In this document: positions 19,415 to 29,049 of the stretch, piece after piece
Layout of the letters: every line of letters begins with the position of its first letter
Numbering within the stretch: position 1 is the first letter of the stretch
Source: an uncultured Ignavibacteriales bacterium
Lineage (GTDB): Bacteria; Bacteroidota; Ignavibacteria; Ignavibacteriales; Ignavibacteriaceae
Direction: 5' to 3'
Length of the DNA stretch: 64,000 nucleotides
NCBI GenBank assembly: GCA_903929035.1
Contig: CAIYTF010000084.1
Coordinates: 13,938 to 77,937, forward strand
Program-made: the position numbers and the translations under genes
Notes under the pieces: model-generated
Told to the model about the DNA's origin: nothing
Database searches by the model: none
Seen by the model: the letters and a program-made list of their open reading frames with translations, nothing else

Positions 19415-19933
19415 ATGAAACGAATAGTATCAGTATTAGTTGAAAATAGATTTGGCGCGTTCAATCGAATAACAACGCTTTTTAGCGGCAAGGGATTCAA
19501 TTTGCACAGCATTTCCATTGGCGGAACAGAAATTCCCGGGCTTTCACGAATGACCCTCGTGACATCCGGAGACGATAAAATGTTGGATCAGATTATCAAG
19601 CAGCTCAACAGGCTTATTGATACAGTGAAAGTGGTTGATCTTTCAAAAGAGCCTTTATCGGTACGTGAACTTGCTTTGATTACCGTCCAGTATATTAAAG
19701 GAAACAGAACTGAAATATCAAGTCTGTGCAGCATCTTTGGAGGAAAAGTAGTTGATATAACAAGTAAAACATTAACTATAGAAATAACCGGTCCGCCGGA
19801 TAAAATCAACGCGGCAGTAAACACGTTTCTCCCCTACGGGATTAAAGAAATGGCACGCACCGGTGTTGTCGCCTTGAAACGCGGCGAGCAGGTTCGCGCG
19901 AATGAACAAGAATTTTTACCAAACAATTCATAA
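19415..19933 (+). CDS. ilvN: Acetolactate synthase small (regulatory) subunit
   Basis: ACT domain VSVLVENRFGAFNRITTLFSGKGFNLHSISIG; position after ilvB. Confidence 0.9.
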   Translation: MKRIVSVLVENRFGAFNRITTLFSGKGFNLHSISIGGTEIPGLSRMTLVTSGDDKMLDQIIKQLNRLIDTVKVVDLSKEPLSVRELALITVQYIKGNRTEISSLCSIFGGKVVDITSKTLTIEITGPPDKINAAVNTFLPYGIKEMARTGVVALKRGEQVRANEQEFLPNNS

Positions 19934-19943
19934 GGAATGACGA

Positions 19944-20939
19944 ATGAAAGTATATTATGAAGCAGATGCAAATTTAGATTTGCTCAAAGATAAAAAAATC
20001 GCGGTACTTGGCTATGGAAGCCAAGGGCACGCGCATAGTTTGAATTTAAAAGACAGCGGCATTCCTGTAGTTGTCGGATTAAGAAAAGATTCACTTTCTT
20101 GGAAAAAAGCTGAAGACGCGGGTCTGACCGTGAAAACAGTTGCCGAGGCTTCTGAATGGGCGAACGTGATAATGCTCTTACTGCCTGACCAGAATCAGAA
20201 ATCTATTTATGATGCTGAAGTTGCGCCATATTTGAAATCGGGAGATACACTCGCTTTCGGTCACGGGTTCAATATTCACTATAAACAAATTATTCCTCCA
20301 GCGGATGTTAACGTGATGATGATCGCGCCTAAAAGCCCCGGGCATTTAGTGCGAAGAACATATCAGCAGGGAAGCGGTGTCCCTTGTTTGATTGCAATAA
20401 ATCAAGACCCTTCAGGCGCAACTAAAGATTTAGCTCTCGCTTGGGCAAAAGGCATTGGCGGTGCAAAAGCAGGTGTTATTGAAACAAACTTTAAAGATGA
20501 AACTGAAACCGATTTATTCGGTGAGCAGGCTGTTTTATGCGGCGGCTCTGCCGAGCTTATTAAGATGGGTTTCGAGACTTTGGTTGAAGCTGGCTATCCA
20601 CCTGAATTAGCGTATTTCGAGTGTATGCACGAGATGAAACTTATTGTTGATTTATATTATGAAGGCGGACTCTCACGTATGAATTATTCTGTAAGCGATA
20701 CTGCAGAATACGGCGGAATGACACGCGGACCAAGAGTTGTAACGCAAGCAGCAAAACAGGAAATGAAAAAAATTCTGACTGAAGTTCAAGATGGAACTTT
20801 CGCGAGAGAATGGCTTGCTGAATATAACGCGGGACAGCCTAATATGAACCAATTGCGCAAAGCAAACAAAGAACACCCGATCGAAGTCGTTGGAGCAAAA
20901 CTCCGCGGTATGATGAGCTGGCTGTTCAAGAAAGATTAA
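19944..20939 (+). CDS. ilvC: Ketol-acid reductoisomerase
   Basis: [17 protein letters not shown] Rossmann motif; class I length. Confidence 0.95.
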   Translation: MKVYYEADANLDLLKDKKIAVLGYGSQGHAHSLNLKDSGIPVVVGLRKDSLSWKKAEDAGLTVKTVAEASEWANVIMLLLPDQNQKSIYDAEVAPYLKSGDTLAFGHGFNIHYKQIIPPADVNVMMIAPKSPGHLVRRTYQQGSGVPCLIAINQDPSGATKDLALAWAKGIGGAKAGVIETNFKDETETDLFGEQAVLCGGSAELIKMGFETLVEAGYPPELAYFECMHEMKLIVDLYYEGGLSRMNYSVSDTAEYGGMTRGPRVVTQAAKQEMKKILTEVQDGTFAREWLAEYNAGQPNMNQLRKANKEHPIEVVGAKLRGMMSWLFKKD

Positions 20940-20950
20940 CCGCGATAACT

Positions 20951-22021
20951 ATGGAACATAAAAAAATTACACTTCTGCCCGGTGACGGAATCGGGCAGGA
21001 GGTGACCCGCTCTGCAGTTCAGGTAATGAAAGCTGCTGCACAATTTAGCGGTATTGAATTTGAATTTCAGGAATGTTTAATGGGCGGCTGTTCTTATGAT
21101 GCACACGGCATACCATTAACAGATGAAACTCTGCAAGTTTGTTTCAATTCCGATGCCGTATTTTTAGGTGCAGTCGGCGGATACAAATGGGAAACACTTC
21201 CTCATCATCTTAAACCAGAAGCCGCGTTGCTGAAGCTGAGAAAAGAATTAGGGCTTTATACAAACATACGTCCCGCGAAAGTCTATGAACCTTTAATAGA
21301 TGCTTCCACTTTAAAGAGAAGCGTTGTCGCGGGAGTTGATTTTGTCGTTCTTCGCGAATTAACCGGCGGTATATATTTTGGTACACCGCGCGGGATGACT
21401 GCCGAAAGCGGATGGAATACTATGGTATATGCCAAAGAAGAAGTCGAACGAATTGCCCGTATGGGCTTTGAAATTGCCCGTAAAAGGAATGGACGCGTAA
21501 CTTCCGTGGACAAAGCAAATGTGCTGGAAGTATCTCAATTTTGGCGTAATGTTGTTCACGAAGTTCATAAAGATTACCAAGATGTGCAGCTCTCTGATAT
21601 GTATGTTGATAATGCGGCAATGCAGATAGTCCGCGATCCAAAACAGTTTGATGTTTTGTTAACTTCAAATTTATTTGGTGATATTCTCAGTGATATAGCC
21701 GGTATGATTACCGGCAGTCTCGGTATGTTACCCTCTGCAAGCATAGGAGCAAAATATTCACTCTATGAGCCGGTACACGGAAGTGCCCCTGACATTGCCG
21801 GACAGAAGAAAGCAAATCCGCTCGCGGCAATATCTTCTGTAGCGATGATGTTTGCATATACTTTTAATTTAAAGAAAACATCTGATTTGATTGAATCGGC
21901 AATAGATAAAACACTTGCTGACGGACTAAGAACGCCTGATATATTTTCTGAAGGCTGTAAATTGGTTACAACGGATGAAATGACGGATGCGGTTATAGGT
22001 AATTTGAACAAGGTACTCTGA
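20951..22021 (+). CDS. leuB: 3-isopropylmalate dehydrogenase
   Basis: LLPGDGIGQEV and NLFGDILSD motifs. Confidence 0.95.
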   Translation: MEHKKITLLPGDGIGQEVTRSAVQVMKAAAQFSGIEFEFQECLMGGCSYDAHGIPLTDETLQVCFNSDAVFLGAVGGYKWETLPHHLKPEAALLKLRKELGLYTNIRPAKVYEPLIDASTLKRSVVAGVDFVVLRELTGGIYFGTPRGMTAESGWNTMVYAKEEVERIARMGFEIARKRNGRVTSVDKANVLEVSQFWRNVVHEVHKDYQDVQLSDMYVDNAAMQIVRDPKQFDVLLTSNLFGDILSDIAGMITGSLGMLPSASIGAKYSLYEPVHGSAPDIAGQKKANPLAAISSVAMMFAYTFNLKKTSDLIESAIDKTLADGLRTPDIFSEGCKLVTTDEMTDAVIGNLNKVL

Positions 22022-22148
22022 GAATTCTTAAAGAGTTCAATACTGAATAACCCCGGTTTTACCCACGGTTATTTAGATTTAGCCCTACGGGCAATATGAA
22101 TTGATAGAAAAAGTAATGACAATAATATTTATACAGTAAAGGCGCGAA

Positions 22149-23741
22149 ATGAAAGACAAGATTTATATATTTGATACAACATTGCGTGACGGCGAGCAGT
22201 CGCCGGGCGCATCATTGAATGTTTATGAAAAATTGGAAATCGCGCGGCAGCTATCGAAACTTAATGTTGATATTATTGAAGCAGGATTTCCTGTTTCATC
22301 GCCAACGCAATTTGAGGCGGTGCAGCGCATCGCGGATGAGTCCGATAAAATAATTGCCGGACTTTCACGCGCGAAGGAAGTTGATATAAAGAGTGCTTAC
22401 GAAGCGTTGCGAAATGCGAAGCACCCGCGTATTCACACCTTTTCAAGCACTTCCGATATTCATATTCTCGGCAAGTTCGGCGATGCCAAATATGGCGTGT
22501 CGCTTGCAGATAAACGTAAAACGATTTTGGAGATGTCATATCAAGCGGTTGCTTATGCCCGTACTTTGGTTGAGGATGTTGAATTTTCCGCTGAAGATGC
22601 TGGAAGGACCGATATAGGATATCTTTCGGATGTCATAGAGACTGCAATCTCCGCAGGTGCGCGAACAGTGAATATTCCCGATACAACAGGTTATACTCAT
22701 CCTACTGAATATGGAAATTTAATTGCCGAATTAAAAAAACGTGTCAAAAATATTGATCAGGCTATTATCAGCGTGCATTGTCACAACGATTTGGGATTGG
22801 CAATCGCTAACTCTCTCTTCGCGGTACATCAAGGAGCGCGTCAGGTAGAATGCACAATTAACGGTATCGGTGAGCGCGCGGGCAACGCGTCACTTGAAGA
22901 ATTTGTGATGGCATTAAAAACCAGACAAGATATATGTGATTTCTATACAGATATTGAAATCAGCGAAATATTTAACACAAGCCGTATGGTGTCCGGGTTT
23001 ACCGGAGTTGTGGTGCAGCCGAACAAAGCCATTGTCGGTGAGAACGCTTTTGCTCACGAATCAGGCATTCATCAGGATGGAATGTTAAAGAATAAGCAAA
23101 CGTATGAAATAATGACTCCCGAATCTGTCGGTGTGACGAAAACAAAAATGGTTTTGGGAAGACACTCGGGACGGCACGGGCTGAAAGAGCGGTTGAAAGA
23201 ATTGGGATATCACCCTGAAGAAAGCGAACTGCAAAAAATATATGAATCATTTCTTTTACTTGCCGATAAGAAAAAAGAAATATTCGATGATGACTTGCGT
23301 ATGCTGATGGGTGATGAAATCCATAAACAACGTGAGTTGTTTGAATTGCAATATTTGAGTGTCAATTCGGGAACGGATGCAATCCCAACAGCAACAATTG
23401 CACTTAAATACGATGGAAAACTTATAAAAGAATCTTCTACCGGTGATGGTCCTGTTGACGCGTGTTTCAACGCGATAGAAAGAGTACTGCAAATTAAACC
23501 CGCGGTTGAATCGTACCTTGTCCGATCGGTAACATCAGGCAGGCAAGCAATGGGAGAGGCAATAGTACGTATCCGTCCCAACGGTGACTTGTCTTTCACA
23601 GGGCGCGGGCTTTCTACTGATATTATTGAAGCAAGCGCGAAAGCATATTTGCAGGCAATTAATCAGTACCACGTGTATCGTCACGCGGAAATAAAAATTG
23701 AAGACGATAAATTAGTAATTAGCGAATTGAAAGGAATATAA
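22149..23741 (+). CDS. leuA: 2-isopropylmalate synthase
   Basis: IFDTTLRDGEQSPG, HCHNDLGLA and the C-terminal LeuA dimerisation/regulatory region. Confidence 0.9.
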   Translation: MKDKIYIFDTTLRDGEQSPGASLNVYEKLEIARQLSKLNVDIIEAGFPVSSPTQFEAVQRIADESDKIIAGLSRAKEVDIKSAYEALRNAKHPRIHTFSSTSDIHILGKFGDAKYGVSLADKRKTILEMSYQAVAYARTLVEDVEFSAEDAGRTDIGYLSDVIETAISAGARTVNIPDTTGYTHPTEYGNLIAELKKRVKNIDQAIISVHCHNDLGLAIANSLFAVHQGARQVECTINGIGERAGNASLEEFVMALKTRQDICDFYTDIEISEIFNTSRMVSGFTGVVVQPNKAIVGENAFAHESGIHQDGMLKNKQTYEIMTPESVGVTKTKMVLGRHSGRHGLKERLKELGYHPEESELQKIYESFLLLADKKKEIFDDDLRMLMGDEIHKQRELFELQYLSVNSGTDAIPTATIALKYDGKLIKESSTGDGPVDACFNAIERVLQIKPAVESYLVRSVTSGRQAMGEAIVRIRPNGDLSFTGRGLSTDIIEASAKAYLQAINQYHVYRHAEIKIEDDKLVISELKGI

Positions 23742-25037
23742 ATGGGACTTACCATAACTGAAAAAATATTGGCTAAAGCGTCCGGTAAAAAAGGTTTAAT
23801 ACCGGGCGAAAGTATTTGGGTTAATGTTGATATATTGATGACACACGATGTATGCGGACCGCCTACAATAGCGATTTGGAAAAAAGAATTTGCCGATAAA
23901 GCTAAAGTTTGGGATAAAGACAAATTAGTCATTTTCCCTGATCACTATATTTTCACGAGCAATGTTCACGCGAACAGAAACGTGGATTTACTTCGTCAGT
24001 TTGCTAAGGAGCAGAACCTGCCGAATTATTATGATGTCGGTACTGAAAGATATAAAGGCGTTTGTCATATTGCATTGGCTGAAGAAGGCTATAACGTGCC
24101 GGGTACGGTCTTGTTTGGCACAGATTCGCATACTTGCACTTCGGGTGCGTTCGGAATGTTTTCCACGGGAGTTGGTAATACCGATGCCGCGTACATTTTG
24201 GGCACGGGTACAATCTGGGAAAAAGTTCCCGAGTCTATGAAATTTACTTTCAATGGTAAAATGCCTGAATATCTGACAGCAAAAGATTTGATACTGCATA
24301 TACTTGGCGATATCACTACAGATGGAGCTACATATCGGGCGATGGAGTTTGACGGAGAAGCTATCTCCAGAATGAATATGTATGAACGAATGACATTGAC
24401 AAATATGGCGATTGAAGCTGGCGGAATGAACGGTGTTATTGCAGTCGATGATGTAACCCGCGAATATCTGCGTGATATAGGAGTCACTGAATATGATGAG
24501 TTTACGAGTGATACGGATGCGAATTACATCTCATCATATTCTTATGATGTCACAAAAATGGAGCCGACTGTTGCGAAGCCTCATAGTCCGGATAATCGTG
24601 ATACCGTTCGTAATGTTGAAAGAACAAAATTAACGAAATGTTATATAGGTTCCTGCACAGGCGGCAAAATCACGGATTTCCAATTTGCGGCGAAAATATT
24701 GTATGGCAATAAAGTGCAGGTTCCCACGTTTATTGTACCTGCAAGTCCTTCCGTTGCAAAGCAATTGGAAAAAGAAACATTTTCAGGCAGAACACTTAAA
24801 GAAATTTTCGTGAACGCGGGCTGCATAGTAGCAGAATCCTCTTGTGCAGCCTGCCTTGGCGGACCATCTGATACTGTGGGAAGAAGCTCCGATGGCGATG
24901 TCGTGATTTCCACCACGAACAGAAATTTTCCGGGCAGAATGGGCAGCAAACAATCGGAAGTGTATCTTGCTTCACCATTAACTGTAGCGGCATCCGCGAT
25001 AACAGGTGTTATCACGGACCCGAGAAAATTTATATAA
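23742..25037 (+). CDS. leuC: 3-isopropylmalate dehydratase large subunit (short, archaeal-type LeuC/HacA-like)
   Basis: Aconitase-family motifs GTDSHT, GSCTGG, CAACLG; about 430 aa. Confidence 0.9.
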   Translation: MGLTITEKILAKASGKKGLIPGESIWVNVDILMTHDVCGPPTIAIWKKEFADKAKVWDKDKLVIFPDHYIFTSNVHANRNVDLLRQFAKEQNLPNYYDVGTERYKGVCHIALAEEGYNVPGTVLFGTDSHTCTSGAFGMFSTGVGNTDAAYILGTGTIWEKVPESMKFTFNGKMPEYLTAKDLILHILGDITTDGATYRAMEFDGEAISRMNMYERMTLTNMAIEAGGMNGVIAVDDVTREYLRDIGVTEYDEFTSDTDANYISSYSYDVTKMEPTVAKPHSPDNRDTVRNVERTKLTKCYIGSCTGGKITDFQFAAKILYGNKVQVPTFIVPASPSVAKQLEKETFSGRTLKEIFVNAGCIVAESSCAACLGGPSDTVGRSSDGDVVISTTNRNFPGRMGSKQSEVYLASPLTVAASAITGVITDPRKFI

Positions 25038-25099
25038 TAATTGTTAGGGTGTACTACAATTTTTTTTGGAAATAAAGAATTATAAGAAAGTAAATATTA

Positions 25100-25657
25100 A
25101 TGGTAGATAAAATAATCGGTAAAGCGTATGTGCTTGGTGATAATATTGACACGGATCAGATTATTCCCGCGGAACATTTAGTTTATAGCACGAGCGACCC
25201 TGAAGAATTAAAGAAATACGGGCACTTTGCTCTTTCCAGTGTTCCTCAGGATAAAGCCGGATTGCCTCAAGGCAACACGCCTTTTATTATAGGCGACAAC
25301 CATCTTTCTGAATATTCCGTGATAATCGGCGGTTCAAATTTTGGGTGCGGTTCATCAAGAGAACACGCCCCTTTAGCACTTCAAGTTGCAGGTGTGAAAG
25401 TAGTAATTGCAGAATCTTACGCGCGGATTTTCTTCCGTAATTCGGTTGACGGCGGATTTTTAGTTCCGTTTGATTCAATAGACAAACTTAATTTGGTAAT
25501 CAAGACAGGCGATACAGTAGAAGTTGATTTGACTACAAACAGTATCACGAATAAAACCACCGGTGTTGAATACAAACTTAAACCGTTGGGCAGTGTCTAT
25601 GATATAGTTAAAAGCGGCGGTTTATTTAACTACGCCCGCGAGAATAAACTTATCTGA
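25100..25657 (+). CDS. leuD: 3-isopropylmalate dehydratase small subunit
   Basis: GSNFGCGSSREHAP swivel-domain motif. Confidence 0.9.
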   Translation: MVDKIIGKAYVLGDNIDTDQIIPAEHLVYSTSDPEELKKYGHFALSSVPQDKAGLPQGNTPFIIGDNHLSEYSVIIGGSNFGCGSSREHAPLALQVAGVKVVIAESYARIFFRNSVDGGFLVPFDSIDKLNLVIKTGDTVEVDLTTNSITNKTTGVEYKLKPLGSVYDIVKSGGLFNYARENKLI

Positions 25658-25695
25658 TGACTACTAACACGAAGGGCGCGTTCATATAGAAACTT

Positions 25696-25716
25696 TTTCA
25701 CGCGAAGACCGCGATG
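25696..25716 (+). repeat. Copy of the short GC-rich palindromic core TTTCACGCGAAGACCGCGATG
   Basis: The same core occurs at 35334..35354 and inside both MITE-like copies (4272..4367, 53102..53200). This copy is in the leuD-cimA spacer. Confidence 0.6.
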
Positions 25717-25760
25717 ATTTTTGCTAAGACTTAATTAACTTCTAAAATGAATGGACTAAG

Positions 25761-27347
25761 ATGGAACAGAGAGTGATTGAATTATTCGATACGACATTGC
25801 GCGATGGCACGCAGGGCGAGGCTGTCACTTTGACGGTACGCGACAAACTTATGATTGCTCACAGGTTAGATGAATTTGGTATTGATATAATCGAAGGCGG
25901 CTGGCCAGGCAGTAATCCACGCGATGAAGATTTTTTTCGTGAAATTAGAAAGACATCGCTTTCTCGTGCCCGAATGTGCGCGTTTGGTTCAACCGCGAGA
26001 TTTCCTGACAAAGTTGAGAGTGACGGCAATTTAAACGCTCTGTTAAAATCGGAAACTCCTATCGTGTCAATATTCGGGAAAACCTGGAAATTTCACGCGA
26101 TAACAGGATTAGGATTAACACTTGAGGAAAATGAATCATTAATATATCAATCGGTTAAGTTCTTAAAAGATCGCGGACGAATGGTGGTATTTGACGCGGA
26201 ACATTTTTTTGATGGCTACAGGGACGATTCTAAATTTGCAATACAAATGCTGATGGCAGCACAATCAGCGGGCGCGGATATAATTACATTATGCGATACG
26301 AACGGCGGTTCGCTTCCAAATCAAATTAGGGACGCGGTGCTTGAAGTAAAATCGGTTATTAGTAAGCCTATCGGTATTCACGCTCATAACGATGGCGATT
26401 TGGCAGTAGCCAATTCTATTACCGCGATTGAAGCCGGAGCCTCGCACGTGCAAGGAACTATTAACGGGATAGGGGAGCGTTGCGGAAATGCAAATCTTAT
26501 AAGCATTATTCCGAATTTGCTGTTGAAGTTAGGAATGAAAACCGCCCAAGAAATTCAGCTTGAAAATCTGACATCGCTTGCCAATTTTGTTTACGAGATG
26601 ATAAACATAGTACCCAACACGCGGGCAGCTTTTGTCGGCAAATCCGCTTTCGCGCATAAGGGCGGCATTCACGTGAGCGCGGTACTCAAAGACAGTATGA
26701 TGTATGAACATATTACTCCTGAATCAGTCGGCAATGCACAGCGGGTTTTGGTTTCGGATTTGTCCGGTCAGAGTAATATAAGATATAAAGCCCGCGAGCT
26801 TGGAGTTGAAGTGTCGGAAAACCCTGATTTTAATAAAAAGTTAGTTGAGCATATTAAATCGTTGGAGTTTGAAGGCTATCAGTTTGACGGAGCGGAAGCA
26901 TCATTTGAATTGATACTGCGTTCGGAGAATGAAGAATTTGCACCATTCTTTAGGACCTTAGATTCAAAAGTATATGTTTTTTTTAATCTTCAGAAACACG
27001 AAAAATCAGAAGCTGTATTAAAAATTGAAGTAAATGGCGAGATTGAGCATACCGCGGCTGAAGGAAACGGACCTGTCAACGCCTTGGACAACGCGCTGCG
27101 GAAAGCTTTACAGAGATTTTATCCTGAAATAGCGACAATAAAGTTAGTTGATTACAAAGTGCGAGTTCTAGATGAGCAAGATGGGACAACCGCGAAAGTT
27201 CGGGTACTAATATCCTCGAGTGCCGGTGCCGATACTTGGACAACGGTTGGTGTTTCAGAAAATATTATCGAAGCAAGCTGGCAGGCATTGAGTGACAGTA
27301 TTAATTATCGTTTGTTTAAAGTGAGAAACGATAAAGTTTCGCGATGA
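25761..27347 (+). CDS. cimA: (R)-citramalate synthase (LeuA paralog, long CimA type)
   Basis: LFDTTLRDGTQGEAV..., GGWPGSNPRD and HAHNDGDLAVANS are characteristic of the CimA clade rather than LeuA. It is the last gene of the ilv-leu operon. Confidence 0.75.
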   Translation: MEQRVIELFDTTLRDGTQGEAVTLTVRDKLMIAHRLDEFGIDIIEGGWPGSNPRDEDFFREIRKTSLSRARMCAFGSTARFPDKVESDGNLNALLKSETPIVSIFGKTWKFHAITGLGLTLEENESLIYQSVKFLKDRGRMVVFDAEHFFDGYRDDSKFAIQMLMAAQSAGADIITLCDTNGGSLPNQIRDAVLEVKSVISKPIGIHAHNDGDLAVANSITAIEAGASHVQGTINGIGERCGNANLISIIPNLLLKLGMKTAQEIQLENLTSLANFVYEMINIVPNTRAAFVGKSAFAHKGGIHVSAVLKDSMMYEHITPESVGNAQRVLVSDLSGQSNIRYKARELGVEVSENPDFNKKLVEHIKSLEFEGYQFDGAEASFELILRSENEEFAPFFRTLDSKVYVFFNLQKHEKSEAVLKIEVNGEIEHTAAEGNGPVNALDNALRKALQRFYPEIATIKLVDYKVRVLDEQDGTTAKVRVLISSSAGADTWTTVGVSENIIEASWQALSDSINYRLFKVRNDKVSR

Positions 27348-27450
27348 TGCGGAAGACTTTTATTGTTTTCTATAAATCTAATGTAGCGATTATATCTTGC
27401 AATCACCGGTAATAAAATATTTCAGATAGACCCGTTAAAGTAGATGTAGT

Positions 27451-27705
27451 ATGAACCCGCGAGTAAATAATGTTGAACCGCTTCCGGATTATAGACTGAA
27501 ATTATTCTTTTCTAACGGGGAGATTAAAATTATGGATGTATCGAGGTATCTTGGGATGGGTGACTTTAGCGAATTAAAGGATACATTTGTTTTTAATATA
27601 GTCAAACCGTTTCAGGGCAGCATTCAGTGGAAAAACGGTTTAGACCTTTGCCCCGACTGTTTGTATCTTGAAAGTGTACCGGTGATTGACATAAATTTCG
27701 AATAA
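27451..27705 (+). CDS. DUF2442-family small protein
   Basis: N-terminal V.NVEPLPDYRLKLFFSNGE... pattern typical of DUF2442. Confidence 0.6.
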   Translation: MNPRVNNVEPLPDYRLKLFFSNGEIKIMDVSRYLGMGDFSELKDTFVFNIVKPFQGSIQWKNGLDLCPDCLYLESVPVIDINFE

Positions 27706-27789
27706 GTCCATACATTTGGCCGGAATAGATAGCCGTGGATACATATCAATACAACGGGTTATTTCTTATCAACCCCCGAATATAAAAAA

Positions 27790-27827
27790 CCCCGATCGCT
27801 ACAAGTGCTCTCGGGGTTCGTTTTTTA
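27790..27827. terminator. Bidirectional rho-independent terminator
   Basis: CCCCGA-13 nt-TCGGGG, flanked by an A-run upstream and a T-run (TTCGTTTTTT) downstream. Lies between the convergent DUF2442 gene and glnK. Confidence 0.65.
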
Positions 27828-27879
27828 TTATTATTTGGCTAAAAAGAGTCTCCTTTTTCAGGGATGACTCGACAAATTA

Positions 27880-28224
27880 CTATAGCTTAACTGCTTCGAT
27901 GCCGGTTTCGCCCGTTCGGATTCGATAGCTTTGTTCAACATCGAACACGAATACTTTTCCATCACCGATTTCGCCGGTTCTCGCGGAAGCTATGATTGCT
28001 TTTACCGCTTTATCGACCATTTCATCGTTACACACGACTTCTATGCGCCATTTCGACCAGTAGTTAATCATATGCTTTGTTCCGCGATACACTTCTTCGT
28101 GACCTTTTTGTCTGCCGTAGCCGCGTGTTTCGGAAACGCTATGACCTTTTAGACCGAGATCGTATAGCGAGTGCAGAACCTCATCGAGCTTGTATAGTCT
28201 TATAATCGCTTCTATTTTTTTCAT
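27880..28224 (-). CDS. glnK: P-II nitrogen regulatory protein
   Basis: MKKIEAII..., T-loop GYGRQKGHEEVYRG, GDGKVFVFDV, IRIRTGE; downstream of amt. Confidence 0.9.
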   Translation of the reverse strand: MKKIEAIIRLYKLDEVLHSLYDLGLKGHSVSETRGYGRQKGHEEVYRGTKHMINYWSKWRIEVVCNDEMVDKAVKAIIASARTGEIGDGKVFVFDVEQSYRIRTGETGIEAVKL

Positions 28225-28252
28225 TGAGATTGCCTTTATTTATTATTCTGAT

Positions 28253-28981
28253 TTATAAACTAATACCAACTACATAGAATAGTTTTTCAGATGCGGGATT
28301 CAAGATAATCTGGCTGAAAATCGGGAAACTGAAACTATCTGTTATTTTGACGGTTTTTGAAGCTTTAAATCCGACATTGATAAAACCGAAATTATCAATG
28401 CCATAGCTATTACCTTTATCACCGGCAGTTGCTCCGGCAAATACGCTCAAGTCAGTTGACTTACATTTTGCAGTATAGCCGGCTTCAAAGTAATTCCCGC
28501 TATATAGGACATTGTAAACGTATATGTTTGCTGTGACATAAATAGGTAAACTTTCCGTTCCTGTATATCCAAGATTCAGTTCAACTGTATGTGCTCCGTT
28601 TGGTTTATTCCAGTTATTAAAGTTTCCGTATCTATTATTTAGCGGTTTACTTGGGTATGTATAATCAGTGAGCCCAATTGAAACTGAAGATGAATTTGCA
28701 AAGGAATATGAGTAACTTGCAAATATATCGATTTCATTTATAGCGGTATCGACCGGATTGGAAATTGGAGTTGAACCCCAGAGTCCAAATGTAAAACCGC
28801 CGTTAGTATATTTAACAGTAGGTTGAAATGCCGGAGCATTCGAACCTGATTCAATGCCGCGCCAGACATACTTGCTGACGATATCGACACTTGTGGAAAT
28901 ATCTTGAGCCATTGCTGATTTAGATAATAGTAAAATCAGAGATACAAGAACAAACAAAGAGAACATTTTTATTGATTTCAT
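28253..28981 (-). CDS. Small outer-membrane beta-barrel, TorF/Gcw_chp-family putative porin
   Basis: Signal peptide ...SKSAMAQ. SKYVWRGIESGSNAPAFQPTVKYTNGGFTFGLWGS matches the SDYvfRGisq..PAvQ...G.y.G.W.S pattern of that family. Confidence 0.5.
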   Translation of the reverse strand: MKSIKMFSLFVLVSLILLLSKSAMAQDISTSVDIVSKYVWRGIESGSNAPAFQPTVKYTNGGFTFGLWGSTPISNPVDTAINEIDIFASYSYSFANSSSVSIGLTDYTYPSKPLNNRYGNFNNWNKPNGAHTVELNLGYTGTESLPIYVTANIYVYNVLYSGNYFEAGYTAKCKSTDLSVFAGATAGDKGNSYGIDNFGFINVGFKASKTVKITDSFSFPIFSQIILNPASEKLFYVVGISL

Positions 28982-29049
28982 AAAGAATCACTTTCTATAT
29001 TGATTTAAAAAAAATTATAATTAAGTTACAAAATATTTTTCGGTAAATA

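Noticed and set aside
27716-27928. 70-aa plus-strand ORF after the DUF2442 gene.
   Set aside because: It runs through the bidirectional terminator hairpin (27790..27827) and overlaps the 3' end of glnK. It has no RBS and a non-protein-like sequence.
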